A DNA stretch of 64,000 nt. Source: Thermoproteota archaeon. GTDB taxonomy: Archaea > Thermoproteota > EX4484-205 > JAAOZP01. Shown here one piece after another: positions 24,117 to 33,993 of this stretch; the first letter of the stretch is position 1, and the number at the start of each line of letters is the position of its first letter. The notes below the pieces were generated by a model that was not told the origin of the DNA, made no database searches, and was given only the letters and a program-made list of their open reading frames with translations. The position numbers and the translations under genes were made by a program. Location of the stretch: positions 9,144-73,143 of the forward strand of contig JAWCDE010000001.1 in assembly GCA_038861395.1 (NCBI GenBank), in the 5' to 3' direction.

Positions 24117-27100
24117 TCCTGCTCTTCGTAAAGCCTTCTATATCAACATATACCTTGACCATGCCTGTTCCAGCGTAGATCTCAGAGCCTGCGAGCACTC
24201 TTTCAGTCATGCCGAGAAGCTTATCCTCCATGCCTGCTACAGCCCCTTCAACTAGGACTTGAACCGCTCTTTCGAAAGCTGCTTTAGCCAGGACGCTCTG
24301 CTTGCTCCCGCTTACTCCGTGTCTACCTATCTGTTTAACAGCCCCGTCTTGAGTCATTGCGCTAGCGACAAGCGAGAGGTGTCTCCAGTCAACGTCCAAG
24401 CCCTGTTCGTTAAGCGTCTTCCACATTTCGTTTATTAAAGCAGCCCTGGCTGCTTCTATGCCGAGCACCTCCGCTATCTCATGAATGTCATTGCTCACCG
24501 TCCTTGTGTAATCCACCTCCGGAATATTAAAGACCTCTGCGAGATTGCTTCCCTCCGTTATTATGCAGTACTCCTTGTTCTCCTCCTTCAATAAGACTCC
24601 TTTTACTCCGGTTATTCCGCTTACTGGAGTCTTCCTTATCTTAGCTTCAAACTTCTCAGCATCGTTCTTAATCGGTATTTCAATAGTGCCATCGCTCTTA
24701 ACGTTAAACTTTATGTTGAGCGTCTTGAAGACCTTCTGCACGTCTTCTTCAGAAAGCCCTCTTTCAGCCATCCATTCTTTAACCGGATATATGACGAGAT
24801 AGTCGTATGCCGTGGTTGATTTCAAACTTATTCTAGCCACGTCCTCAATCGTCGTGTAAACCATTTTCTTAGCGACTCTGAGTGCTCTGCTATAATCCTC
24901 GTTATACGGTTTCTTCAGGTAGACTGTCATCATCGGCGTCTTCGGCGTCTTCCTAGCGTCGAGCAGTTCGATAAGCCTCGGCAGTCCCAGGGTCACGTTC
25001 GCCTCCCTTACGCCAGCGTAGTGAAAGGTTCTCAGAGTCATCTGGGTGCCGGGTTCTCCTATGGATTGTGCTGCAACGATCCCAACGCTTTCACCAGCCT
25101 CTACAAGCGCCCGCTTATACTCCTCAACCACCCTTTCCACAACCTTCCTAGCGGCTGAAGCCGGGAGACGCTTAGAGATTATTGCATGGAAAGTCTCCTT
25201 CTTGACGTTGAGCGGAAGTATTCTGCCATGTTCTTCGATCATCTTCTTAATGGTCTGTCTGCTTGCTGGACCACCCTTCTTCGGTAGGGACAGTAAGTAT
25301 TCTTCAACTATTTTGAAAGCATCGACAGATTTTCCATGGTCGCTCTTAGACGGGTCTACGCCGTCTTCGCCGTATATTATGTCAATTATGTTCCCATAGG
25401 AGTCTCTCACAGTCCCGTCGTACTCTACTCTAAGGGATTCCAGTGCATGTATTAGTCTGCGCTGCAAGTATCCGCTCTGCTGGGTTCTAACCGCGGTGTC
25501 CACAAGGGATTCTCGTCCGCTCATGGAGTGATAGAAGAGCTCTATGGGTGAAAGACCCCTGTAATAATTAGCCTTTATGAATCCTCTTGCGAGAGGACCT
25601 AGGTCTCCTCTGTGGAAATGCGGAAGAGGTCTCTCAAAATACCCTTTGAATATTCTCTTACCCCTTAGAGCCTGTTGCCCCAAGCAGCCTGATATCTGCC
25701 CAACATTAAGGTCTGAACCCCTGGCGCCAGTCTTAGTCATCACGACCATACTGTTATCCAGTCCCAAGGCGGAGGAGACGAGGGTTCCAACCCTGCTCCT
25801 AACGTTTGAGAGAGCATCCATTATGTAGGCCTCTAGGCTCTCCTCCTCGCTCATCCCAGGGATCCTCTTTATCTTTCCCTTCTTCCACTCTTCAAGCAGC
25901 TTCTCCACCTCGGCATCGGCCTGGTCCACTTCTTTACTAACTTTTTCCTGAACACTCTTAGGCAGTTCCACATCCCTATAGCTGAAGCTGAAGCCTCTTA
26001 GAAGAAGGAATTCCCTAACCATTTTCTCGAATGCTGAAATGAATCTGTGGCCTTCCTCAGCTCCATACTTTTTTATTATCCTGTGCAGAATAGTATCCGC
26101 TTTCTCAGCTCCTATGGAGGCTTTGTCGATAACTCCGGATACTATTTTACCGTTCTTTATGACTATCTCCGCCTCCTCTTTGCTCGCAGTATCTCCCACG
26201 CTAGTCTTATTCACATAGTTAAAATCCTTCCTAAGCAGAAGGCTGATTGCCTGTCGGCCCGACCACAAAGGTTCCGGCGTCTTGACCTCAGGCTCAGGAA
26301 GCTCACCCTCGTAGCCTGCAGCATACACTATTCTCGCAAACTCCTCTTTAGTAAGATAGGTGTCTTTCCGAGTTAGGAGGTAGGCTCCTGTTATGAAGTC
26401 TCTTATCGCACCCATAATGGGTGCGCCATACCTCGGAGTAAGGTAGTGATTCTTAACTCCCAGGAGCATGCTTGTCTCGACAGAGGCCTCGAGGCTCTGC
26501 GGCACATGGAGGTTCATCTCATCACCGTCGAAGTCAGCGTTGTAAGGCGGGCAGACGCTTGGGTTCAGTCTAAAAGTCTTCCCCGGGAGTACTCTCACTC
26601 TGTGTCCGAGCATTGAGAGACGATGGAGCGAAGGCTGCCTGTTGAAAATCACGAAATCCCCGTCTAGCAAGTGTCTTTCAACAACGAAACCTATGTCGAG
26701 TGCTTCAGCGAGGGAATCCCTGTTCTCAACAAATTGGAGCTTATGCTTAGCGCCACTCGGCCTAATTATGTACTCTGAACCAGGGTGTGTAAACGGCCCG
26801 TTTCTGACGAGCTGCATTAACCAGTCCCTATTCCAGTAGGTGACTCTCTCAGGTACTGTGAGTATTTTAGCAACCTCCACTGGGACACCGACTTCATCAA
26901 TATCGAGATAGGGGTCGGGAGATATTACCGTCCTAGCGGAGAAGTCAACTCTTTTCCCTGAGAGGTTTTTCCTGAAACGCCCCTCCTTTCCCTTCAGCCT
27001 TTGCGCTAGCGTCTTCAGCGTCTTGCGCGTCCTGTGCTGTGCCGGGAGTACTCCCACGGCTTCGTTGTCGAAATAAGTCGTCACGTGATACTGTAGAAGG

Positions 27101-27915
27101 TCCTCATGGTCCTGTATTATCAAGGGAGATGCCCCAGACTCTATGTACTCCCTTATTCTACGCGCTGTCCTTATTATGTCGACAAGCTTGTGCGTCAAAT
27201 CGTCTTCAGACCTCTCGCCGGTTTCAAGTATTATGGAGGGTCTAACCTGGATGGGTGGAACCGGCAGGACTTCTATGACGTACCACGCTGGATGAGCAGC
27301 CTCAGGATCTATGTTTAGAAGCCTAAGGTCGTCGTTGGGGATTGAGTTTAAACGCTCCCTTATTATCCGGGAGTTCAGAAGCCTAAGGGCTCCATCTGGG
27401 TCTCTCTCGTAGAACTTCGTAGGCCTCTCAAGCTTTATCTGGTATTTCTCAGCCCCGCAATGCGGGCACCTATTAGCCCTCCTAACCTCGTCCTTTATCT
27501 GGTCGAAAATCTGCTCGGGCACGATGCCGTATAACTCCTCGTACTCCTTCATTTTCTCCCTGTAATAGTTTATCCTATCGTTTGGCAGCAATATTCTACC
27601 GCATTGTCTGCAAGTTGATTGTAGAACGCGTTCAATTTCCCGTGCGAACGAAACATGTATTACTGGGACGGGTAACTCTATGTGCCCGAAGTGTCCTGGA
27701 CATTTGTCGGGTAAGTTGCCGCAGGTCTTGCACCTTTGCCTCGGCTCTATGGTTCCTAAGCGCGTATCCATTATCCCGCCTGGGACAGAGAGACCATCTT
27801 GGTCATAAGTCTCGTCTGTTGTTATTTCCATCACAGAGAGTCTCCTGATCTCTGCCGGGGATAATACTCCAAACTTTATCGAATCCAGTTGCTTTATCTC
27901 AACTTCCTGGCTCAT
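24067..27915 (-). CDS. rpoA: DNA-directed RNA polymerase largest subunit, apparently unsplit (A' and A'' regions in one 1282-aa ORF)
   Basis: N-terminal zinc-binding CKTCGNLPDKCPGHFGHIEL and NADFDGDEMNLH active site (A' part); trigger-loop AAQSIGEPGTQMTLRTFHYAGV (A'' part) in the same continuous frame. Confidence 0.85.
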   Translation of the reverse strand: MSQEVEIKQLDSIKFGVLSPAEIRRLSVMEITTDETYDQDGLSVPGGIMDTRLGTIEPRQRCKTCGNLPDKCPGHFGHIELPVPVIHVSFAREIERVLQSTCRQCGRILLPNDRINYYREKMKEYEELYGIVPEQIFDQIKDEVRRANRCPHCGAEKYQIKLERPTKFYERDPDGALRLLNSRIIRERLNSIPNDDLRLLNIDPEAAHPAWYVIEVLPVPPIQVRPSIILETGERSEDDLTHKLVDIIRTARRIREYIESGASPLIIQDHEDLLQYHVTTYFDNEAVGVLPAQHRTRKTLKTLAQRLKGKEGRFRKNLSGKRVDFSARTVISPDPYLDIDEVGVPVEVAKILTVPERVTYWNRDWLMQLVRNGPFTHPGSEYIIRPSGAKHKLQFVENRDSLAEALDIGFVVERHLLDGDFVIFNRQPSLHRLSMLGHRVRVLPGKTFRLNPSVCPPYNADFDGDEMNLHVPQSLEASVETSMLLGVKNHYLTPRYGAPIMGAIRDFITGAYLLTRKDTYLTKEEFARIVYAAGYEGELPEPEVKTPEPLWSGRQAISLLLRKDFNYVNKTSVGDTASKEEAEIVIKNGKIVSGVIDKASIGAEKADTILHRIIKKYGAEEGHRFISAFEKMVREFLLLRGFSFSYRDVELPKSVQEKVSKEVDQADAEVEKLLEEWKKGKIKRIPGMSEEESLEAYIMDALSNVRSRVGTLVSSALGLDNSMVVMTKTGARGSDLNVGQISGCLGQQALRGKRIFKGYFERPLPHFHRGDLGPLARGFIKANYYRGLSPIELFYHSMSGRESLVDTAVRTQQSGYLQRRLIHALESLRVEYDGTVRDSYGNIIDIIYGEDGVDPSKSDHGKSVDAFKIVEEYLLSLPKKGGPASRQTIKKMIEEHGRILPLNVKKETFHAIISKRLPASAARKVVERVVEEYKRALVEAGESVGIVAAQSIGEPGTQMTLRTFHYAGVREANVTLGLPRLIELLDARKTPKTPMMTVYLKKPYNEDYSRALRVAKKMVYTTIEDVARISLKSTTAYDYLVIYPVKEWMAERGLSEEDVQKVFKTLNIKFNVKSDGTIEIPIKNDAEKFEAKIRKTPVSGITGVKGVLLKEENKEYCIITEGSNLAEVFNIPEVDYTRTVSNDIHEIAEVLGIEAARAALINEMWKTLNEQGLDVDWRHLSLVASAMTQDGAVKQIGRHGVSGSKQSVLAKAAFERAVQVLVEGAVAGMEDKLLGMTERVLAGSEIYAGTGMVKVYVDIEGFTKSRSDSENVGGESISKQQA

Positions 27916-27919
27916 TCTC

Positions 27920-30900
27920 CTACACCCTCTCCCTAACTCTTAGCCTCGGAAATATTCCGAGGCTCATCAACTCTTGAAGCAGGAGCTTGAACGCATAAGA
28001 CATTTCTACGCCGCTTACATCCTTCCCCTTTTCACATAGTGGGCAGATGTGTTTCTTCTGCTTAGCATCGTAGTAAGCGAAGGTCCCGCATTTCTCGCAA
28101 ACGTACACTATTGTTCTATCAGATTCCTCTAAAAGCCTGTCTTGGAGAAGCCTAGCTGCACCGTGTCCTACCAGACAGTCTCTCTCCATCTCTCCAAATC
28201 TTAAGCCGCCGCCCCTGGACCTCCCCTCAGTAGGCTGATGCGTAAGCATCTGGACCTGCCCCCTAGCTCTTGCATGCATCTTGTCCTTAACCATGTGATG
28301 AAGCCTCTGATAGTAAATTATTCCCATGAAAACCTTTGCTCTAAAGCGTTTTCCGGTGACCCCGTCTATGAAATCGAACTCGCCATACGGTGAGAAACCG
28401 TGTTCTTCAAGAATCTTCTGAACCTCCTGCTCCGGAGTATGTATGAAAGTAGTGCCGTCCATCTGCCTTCCTTCAAGAGCTGCAGCAATACCGAACAATG
28501 ACTCGAGGAAATGGCTTATCGTCATTCTAGACGGGATTGCATGCGGGTTTATCAAGAGGTCGGGGACCAATCCGTCTTCTGTGAAGGGCATATCTGTCTG
28601 GGGGACGAGCATCCCAATAACTCCTTTCTGACCAGACCTGGAGGCAAACTTATCACCTATCTCCGGAATCCTATGGTCCCTGATTCTAACTTTTATCAGC
28701 CTGTTGTTCTCCAAGTCCTCTGTTATCATCACACTGTCCACGTAACCGCTCTCAGACGGTTTCAGAGCGACGGAAGAGTCTCTCCGAGCAGGTGCTTGGA
28801 AGACAAGCTCCTTGTATTCTTCGAAGAATCTTGGCGGGCTTGACCTGCCAACGATGACTTCCCCGCCTTTAACCTCTGCCTCAACCGAGACTATGCCGTC
28901 ATCCTCTATCTTAGCATAAGCCTCGTCCCCCCTATAACCCCTGACTTGCGAATCAGGCTTCTCTATCCTGTCTACTTCACCCATCGGGTACCTTCTAGCC
29001 TCAACCTCGTAAGACTTGTAAGTGGTTGATCTTGCTAAGCCACGCTGAATAGATGCTGCGTTTAAAACTATAGCGTCCTCCATATTATACGGATGAGATA
29101 GTACTGCAACCATGAAATTCTGACCGATAGGCCTCTTATCTAATCCTATGATCGGGTCGACTCTAGAGACTACCAGGGGTATCTGAGGATACGTCATAGC
29201 GTGGAAAGTAGTGTAGAAAGAATTACTGATGTTGGCGAACGGGAGCCCAAGTGCCTGCTTAGCCATCGCTGCCTCGTAAGTATTCCTAGGCGAGTGGTTG
29301 TGCTCTGCGAAGGGGACGGATGATGAGACGACGCCGAACATGAGTATCGGGCTTATCTCCAGATGCGTTGTTTCACTCGTAACATCTTTTAAAGACACTG
29401 CTATGACAGCGTTCTCCTCTTCATCGGCATCTAGAAATTCCACCACTCCATTGGTAACAAGGTCTTCAAAACTCATCTTGCCAAGGGCGAGTTTCGAAGC
29501 ATGATCTTTGGTGAGCTTAACCTGCCCCTCTTCAACAACTATGAGAGGCCTCCTGACCCTCCCAGGGTCGGCGTTGAAATATATCTCCTTAACAATCCTG
29601 CCGCCGTAGTTAAACTCGTAATATGCTACATTTATCTCCGGCGGTATTACCCCCCTCCTCCTCAGCCCCCTGATCTCCTTAACCAGAGCCTCTCCCGAGT
29701 GAGAGTAGCCGACTAGAACGCCATCTATGAATATTTTCGCAGCCGTGGAACGGGTCGCCGGGTCAGCCTTGGTCACAGGCACTAAGCCGAATTTTGAAAG
29801 AATCTTGTCAAGCACAGACTTGTCTGCTGATACAGAGACCTGTGCGCCTATGCTCATATTCTTCACAAGCCCACAATTCACGCCCTCAGGAGTCTCATTC
29901 GGGTCTAGCTTGCCCCATTGAGTAGGATGCAAGTCTCTAGCGTCAAAGTTGGACTGGCTCCTGCTCAACGGCGATTGGATTCTCCTCAGATGGCTTAGTA
30001 CAGAGAGATAATTAGTCCTGTCTAACAGTTGAGTGACGCCGACGAGCCTCTTCCCCCAGTTTCCAGTAGCCATAGCCTGGTTAATGGAATCTGTGATCAG
30101 GCTAGTAGTGATCAGGTTTGAGAAAGAGTATATTGCTCTATGCCTGAGGCTGAACTTTTCAAGCTGGTACCTGAAGTCCCTAACCATCCTCCTGAAGGAT
30201 GTTCTGAAAAGCTCTGCGAGAAGCCCGCCGGCAAGCCTAATCCTCTTATTCTTATAATGGTCCTTGTCATCTGGGGGACGCCAGCCGAGTTTCATAGCTA
30301 GAATTCTCTCAGCCATCTCGCAGAGGAAAAGCGCCTTACTGTATCTTGCAGACTCATCCATACCGATGTGGGGCAGTAGGATCTTGTCAAGAACGTTCTG
30401 AGTCTTGTTCAAACGAACCTTATCAGACTGGCCGTAGGCAACCCTGTTACCTATGTACATTATAGCATCCTCCTTGCTCATAATATTCTGCGCAGCGTCG
30501 AAAGACGGCGCCAATAATTCCTGGATTTCGGGGAATGGTGAAACATGCTCAGCTATCTCCCTATCTGAAACCATTCCAAGAGCCCTCAGCATTATTACAA
30601 AGGGGATCTCCTGCCCGACACCGGGAAGGTAGACCTTGAGCTCGTTGCTCTGCCCCTTCAGCCTCACCTCAACCCTAGTCCTATAGCCTACGGTAGTGGA
30701 GAACACGCGTGCAATGTAAAAGGAGTAGGGCCCTATCTTCTTCTCCTCAAGAATTATCCTGTTCGGAGCAAGGTCTTCAACACCAACAATGACTCTTTCG
30801 GAGCCGTTTATTATGAAGTAGCCACCGGGGTCATAAGGGTCTTCTCCAAGCCTAATCCTCGCCTCCGGACTAAGACCAGCAAGTGCGCAATATCTTGAGT

Positions 30901-31282
30901 TAACCATGATCGGGATCTCGCCTATCAAAACCTCCTGCCTCGTCTCCCTACCGTCTCTCAACTCCTTAATCTCTAAGTAAACTGGAGCGGAGTATGTGAA
31001 ATTCCTCATCCTTGCCTCCATGGGATACACGTTTCTCACAGCACCACTCGGCTCTATGATCCTCGGAACGTGGACACGTATCTCCCCAAACTCTACGCGA
31101 ATAGTCTTATCCTCTACAGTAACCTCTACATTCTTAACTTCGTCGACTATCTTCTGCATATCCTTGTCTACGAACTCGTTAAACGAGTCTATATGATGCC
31201 TCGCCAACCCGATGCTCCTGATATACTGCTCGGCAACCACCCACAGGTCTGATTCACTAAGCTCCTCAGCCATACTCCTCAA
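27920..31282 (-). CDS. rpoB: DNA-directed RNA polymerase subunit B, unsplit
   Basis: 1120 aa; [14 protein letters not shown]-terminal Zn ribbon [10 protein letters not shown]...CPLC. Confidence 0.9.
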   Translation of the reverse strand: MRSMAEELSESDLWVVAEQYIRSIGLARHHIDSFNEFVDKDMQKIVDEVKNVEVTVEDKTIRVEFGEIRVHVPRIIEPSGAVRNVYPMEARMRNFTYSAPVYLEIKELRDGRETRQEVLIGEIPIMVNSRYCALAGLSPEARIRLGEDPYDPGGYFIINGSERVIVGVEDLAPNRIILEEKKIGPYSFYIARVFSTTVGYRTRVEVRLKGQSNELKVYLPGVGQEIPFVIMLRALGMVSDREIAEHVSPFPEIQELLAPSFDAAQNIMSKEDAIMYIGNRVAYGQSDKVRLNKTQNVLDKILLPHIGMDESARYSKALFLCEMAERILAMKLGWRPPDDKDHYKNKRIRLAGGLLAELFRTSFRRMVRDFRYQLEKFSLRHRAIYSFSNLITTSLITDSINQAMATGNWGKRLVGVTQLLDRTNYLSVLSHLRRIQSPLSRSQSNFDARDLHPTQWGKLDPNETPEGVNCGLVKNMSIGAQVSVSADKSVLDKILSKFGLVPVTKADPATRSTAAKIFIDGVLVGYSHSGEALVKEIRGLRRRGVIPPEINVAYYEFNYGGRIVKEIYFNADPGRVRRPLIVVEEGQVKLTKDHASKLALGKMSFEDLVTNGVVEFLDADEEENAVIAVSLKDVTSETTHLEISPILMFGVVSSSVPFAEHNHSPRNTYEAAMAKQALGLPFANISNSFYTTFHAMTYPQIPLVVSRVDPIIGLDKRPIGQNFMVAVLSHPYNMEDAIVLNAASIQRGLARSTTYKSYEVEARRYPMGEVDRIEKPDSQVRGYRGDEAYAKIEDDGIVSVEAEVKGGEVIVGRSSPPRFFEEYKELVFQAPARRDSSVALKPSESGYVDSVMITEDLENNRLIKVRIRDHRIPEIGDKFASRSGQKGVIGMLVPQTDMPFTEDGLVPDLLINPHAIPSRMTISHFLESLFGIAAALEGRQMDGTTFIHTPEQEVQKILEEHGFSPYGEFDFIDGVTGKRFRAKVFMGIIYYQRLHHMVKDKMHARARGQVQMLTHQPTEGRSRGGGLRFGEMERDCLVGHGAARLLQDRLLEESDRTIVYVCEKCGTFAYYDAKQKKHICPLCEKGKDVSGVEMSYAFKLLLQELMSLGIFPRLRVRERV

Positions 31283-31509
31283 CCCTCTACCACTACGCGG
31301 TACGCTAGGGTCTCTCCGGCAACTGCGCTTTTCCTAACTACTTCAACAATATCCCCGGGCTTAGCTCCTATTGCTATTGCAACAGGATCGCTGTTAAGCA
31401 TCTTGGGCAACTGGGAGGGCTTAATCTTGTACTTCTTTAGAAGGGCTTCCTTCTCCTCAGTAGATAAAACCCGGTGACGGGGCACTAAAACATGGTCGAG
31501 TATATTCAC
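31279..31509 (-). CDS. rpoH: RNA polymerase subunit H (Rpb5-like). Probable GTG start at 31509; the six-frame ORF extends to 31647
   Basis: [32 protein letters not shown]...DPVA...GDIVEVVR signature; stop overlaps the rpoB start. Confidence 0.75.
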   Translation of the reverse strand: MNILDHVLVPRHRVLSTEEKEALLKKYKIKPSQLPKMLNSDPVAIAIGAKPGDIVEVVRKSAVAGETLAYRVVVEG

Positions 31510-31781
31510 TTTACTAATGTTTTTCTTACTAACCAAGCAGCGTCGAGTGGGGGTATGGAAAAGGTGGTAATAAACGTTTCCCCTCGGGAAAAAAGAAGCT
31601 ATGGGGAGATGTTTTTCAACCTGGGAAATAGGGGGATTATCCAACAAACCAAGTATTTCTTATGATAGCAAGTCAGCCAAGGCCTCCATACGATAACAGC
31701 TCGCCGATGATTTAAACCATATTATGCCTTGGACACGGAAGTTCTAGGATTGTTCTCAATCGGGCTTAAAAACTTAGGAAA

Positions 31782-31793
31782 AAAGTTAAATAA
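31782..31793 (+). promoter_or_regulatory. TTAAATAA TATA-like box about 30 nt upstream of the tRNA-Tyr 5' end
   Basis: AT-rich octamer at the expected promoter distance. Confidence 0.35.
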
Positions 31794-31818
31794 GGATATA
31801 GGCGTAGAAGAAAATGTC

Positions 31819-31937
31819 CCCGCGGTAGCTCAGCCTGGTAGAGCTTCCGGCTGTAGTCCTCCACCGCGGGTGGGGGCGTTCAGCCTACCGGGCGAACAGA
31901 AACCGGAGTGTCGCTGGTTCAAATCCAGCCCGCGGGA
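31819..31937 (+). tRNA. Intron-containing tRNA, probable tRNA-Tyr (anticodon GTA), with a ~45-nt intron after the anticodon loop
   Basis: CCCGCGG-TA-GCTC-AGCCTGGTA-GAGC-T-TCCGG-CTGTAG[~45-nt insert]-CCGGA-GTGTC-GCTGG-TTCAAAT-CCAGC-CCGCGGG-A; 119 nt total. Confidence 0.65.
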
Positions 31938-32268
31938 TATTTTTTTCTTCTCCTTAACCTTGGTTACATGGTTTATGAGAACGTTTTTACGTTACCGTGA
32001 ATTGAATAATGGCAAACAGTAAGTATTTTTAATAGTGGTTATTAACGGTAACGGTCTTAACAAATTATGTGTCCAATATGTAACATTATGTCTAGATTCG
32101 ACTTTAAGATTTTAGTAGAATCGATCTGTTTATTATTCCCATTTGGCTTCCATTTATCTTGAGATTTAGAAGCCTCCTTTTTGCGTTGAAGGTATTTAAT
32201 TAATTTTTGTTATTTTTTCTTATTAACAGTAAATACTTAAATATACGTATTCTAATAATACTGGAGCC

Positions 32269-32592
32269 ATGAAGCAAGCAGGGAAAAAACCAGAAGTGTT
32301 CAAAGCAAAAGTGTTCAAGGCTTTGAGCGATCCTGCCAGATTGGAGATCATCGACCTTCTTAAGGGAGGAGGAAAATATGTTAGCGATATTGTTAAGAAG
32401 ACTGGCGTTGTTCAGCCAGCGGTTTCACGCCACCTGAAGATACTTAAGGAGTGCGGGATAGTTGAGGAAAGCAAAGTTGGGAATAAGAGGCTTTACAAAG
32501 TTACTGACGCGAGGATATTCAAAGTCGTTAACTCGCTTGATCCCAACTTAATAGAGGGTCTGAAGAGACACGTGCTTGAGCGCATGGTTTAA
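32269..32592 (+). CDS. ArsR/SmtB-family HTH transcriptional regulator
   Basis: 107 aa; LSDPARLEIIDLL...VSDIVKKTGVVQPAVSRHLKILKECGIV. Confidence 0.7.
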   Translation: MKQAGKKPEVFKAKVFKALSDPARLEIIDLLKGGGKYVSDIVKKTGVVQPAVSRHLKILKECGIVEESKVGNKRLYKVTDARIFKVVNSLDPNLIEGLKRHVLERMV

Positions 32593-32651
32593 AACTCGGA
32601 TTATCTTGAAAAAACCTTGAGGAGACGGCTGCTCGATTAGTATCACGTATT

Positions 32652-33215
32652 TTATGCTTTCCACCATTTAGATACTATGTACTTTACATCATTATTCTTC
32701 ACGTCGGCGATTGCGAAAACAAACAGTTTTTTCACAGATGTTGCAAGCCTTCCTGCGCGAATGAAGTCCGGTGCATCTATCTTGTCACTGGCCTTCTTGA
32801 CTTCGAGTATTGCTGGTGCATGATCTATACCCGGGCCGTGTTCGTAGATTGCAAAATCACATCCAAATTTTATCCCCGGCGTGACTACGAACCCCCTGTT
32901 CCTAAGGTCTCTGTAAACTATGAATTTGCTTTTAAAATCCTCGTGTATTCTGGAGGCTATTCTCAGTAATTGTTCGCAAGTAACTTCCTTTCCCTCTCTG
33001 TCAACTATTTTTATCAATCCTTTTTCCAAAAGGTATAGTCCCTCGAACAAGTCTAACGTTAGGGGAGCGTTGAAATTAAAATCCTTGGGTTTTGGAATGC
33101 CGACAGGCTTGCCGAAGAAGCCCGTTTTGTATAGTTCTTGCGAGTGTGTGATATCCCATATTATCAAGCGGTCTCCCACCAGTTCAGCAATTGTTTCAGC
33201 TGATGTACTGCTCAT
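32652..33215 (-). CDS. endA: tRNA-splicing endonuclease catalytic subunit
   Basis: 187 aa; C-terminal catalytic domain with YRDLRNRGFVV...FAIYEHGPGIDHAPAILEVK (Tyr/His/Lys triad context). Confidence 0.7.
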   Translation of the reverse strand: MSSTSAETIAELVGDRLIIWDITHSQELYKTGFFGKPVGIPKPKDFNFNAPLTLDLFEGLYLLEKGLIKIVDREGKEVTCEQLLRIASRIHEDFKSKFIVYRDLRNRGFVVTPGIKFGCDFAIYEHGPGIDHAPAILEVKKASDKIDAPDFIRAGRLATSVKKLFVFAIADVKNNDVKYIVSKWWKA

Positions 33216-33231
33216 CTCTTAAACACCTTGC

Positions 33232-33891
33232 TTAGAAAACGCTTAGAGATAATACTCTTGCAGCGTCTGCAGCGTCTGCAGCCCTGTCTACGACTTCCTC
33301 GATAAGGTTTGCAACATCCTTTAGGAGTAGGATCGTAGGGGTATCTGCTTTTGAAAATATTATCTTTATCTCAAGGGATCTGAAGAGGCTGTCAACCTCC
33401 TTCTCACATGTTTCAACATTCCTTGCAAAATCCTGTATTTTTGAAGTTTCAAATCCTAGTGTAAATATGGTCTCCCTCATCTTCACAACAGTATCCAGAG
33501 CCTTAATCATTAACTCTTTAAAATGCTCTTTCAAACCTTTCTCCACAGTCTTCTTTCTGAGGAAGAATTCTCTAAGCCTATATATTATTCCTTCGCAGAG
33601 ATCTGGTATTCCAGTTAGCGGCGATGCTAATCTAAGGAAATCCTCCCTGCTTACCATTATGGCTCCTGCTTCAACAAGATCGTTCGAAAGACTTCTCTTA
33701 GTCTCTATCGACTTGTTTTTGAGAGCAACTATATTGTTTAAAGACTCGTCCAGTTTCGAAACATCGTCGTCGAAACATGCTAAAACAAGATTATGGACTT
33801 CTCTCACCGAGTCTACAGCATACCTCGCAAGCTCCTGGCATGTTTGCAGGAGTTGTCGCTTAAGCCGTAGTGTTGTCTCGGTGGGGTACAT
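33232..33891 (-). CDS. Conserved helical hypothetical protein (DUF47/PhoU-like, tentative)
   Basis: 219 aa; all-alpha; C-terminal LIEEVVDRAADAADAARV pattern. Confidence 0.3.
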   Translation of the reverse strand: MYPTETTLRLKRQLLQTCQELARYAVDSVREVHNLVLACFDDDVSKLDESLNNIVALKNKSIETKRSLSNDLVEAGAIMVSREDFLRLASPLTGIPDLCEGIIYRLREFFLRKKTVEKGLKEHFKELMIKALDTVVKMRETIFTLGFETSKIQDFARNVETCEKEVDSLFRSLEIKIIFSKADTPTILLLKDVANLIEEVVDRAADAADAARVLSLSVF

Positions 33892-33993
33892 TTCTCAACT
33901 ATCCTGTTTCTCTAATTATTGACAACGCTACTCAGAGTTTTAAGCTTTTTCTAAGGAGTAGCGATTTTTCAAGTTTTTATAACCGTTTAATTT

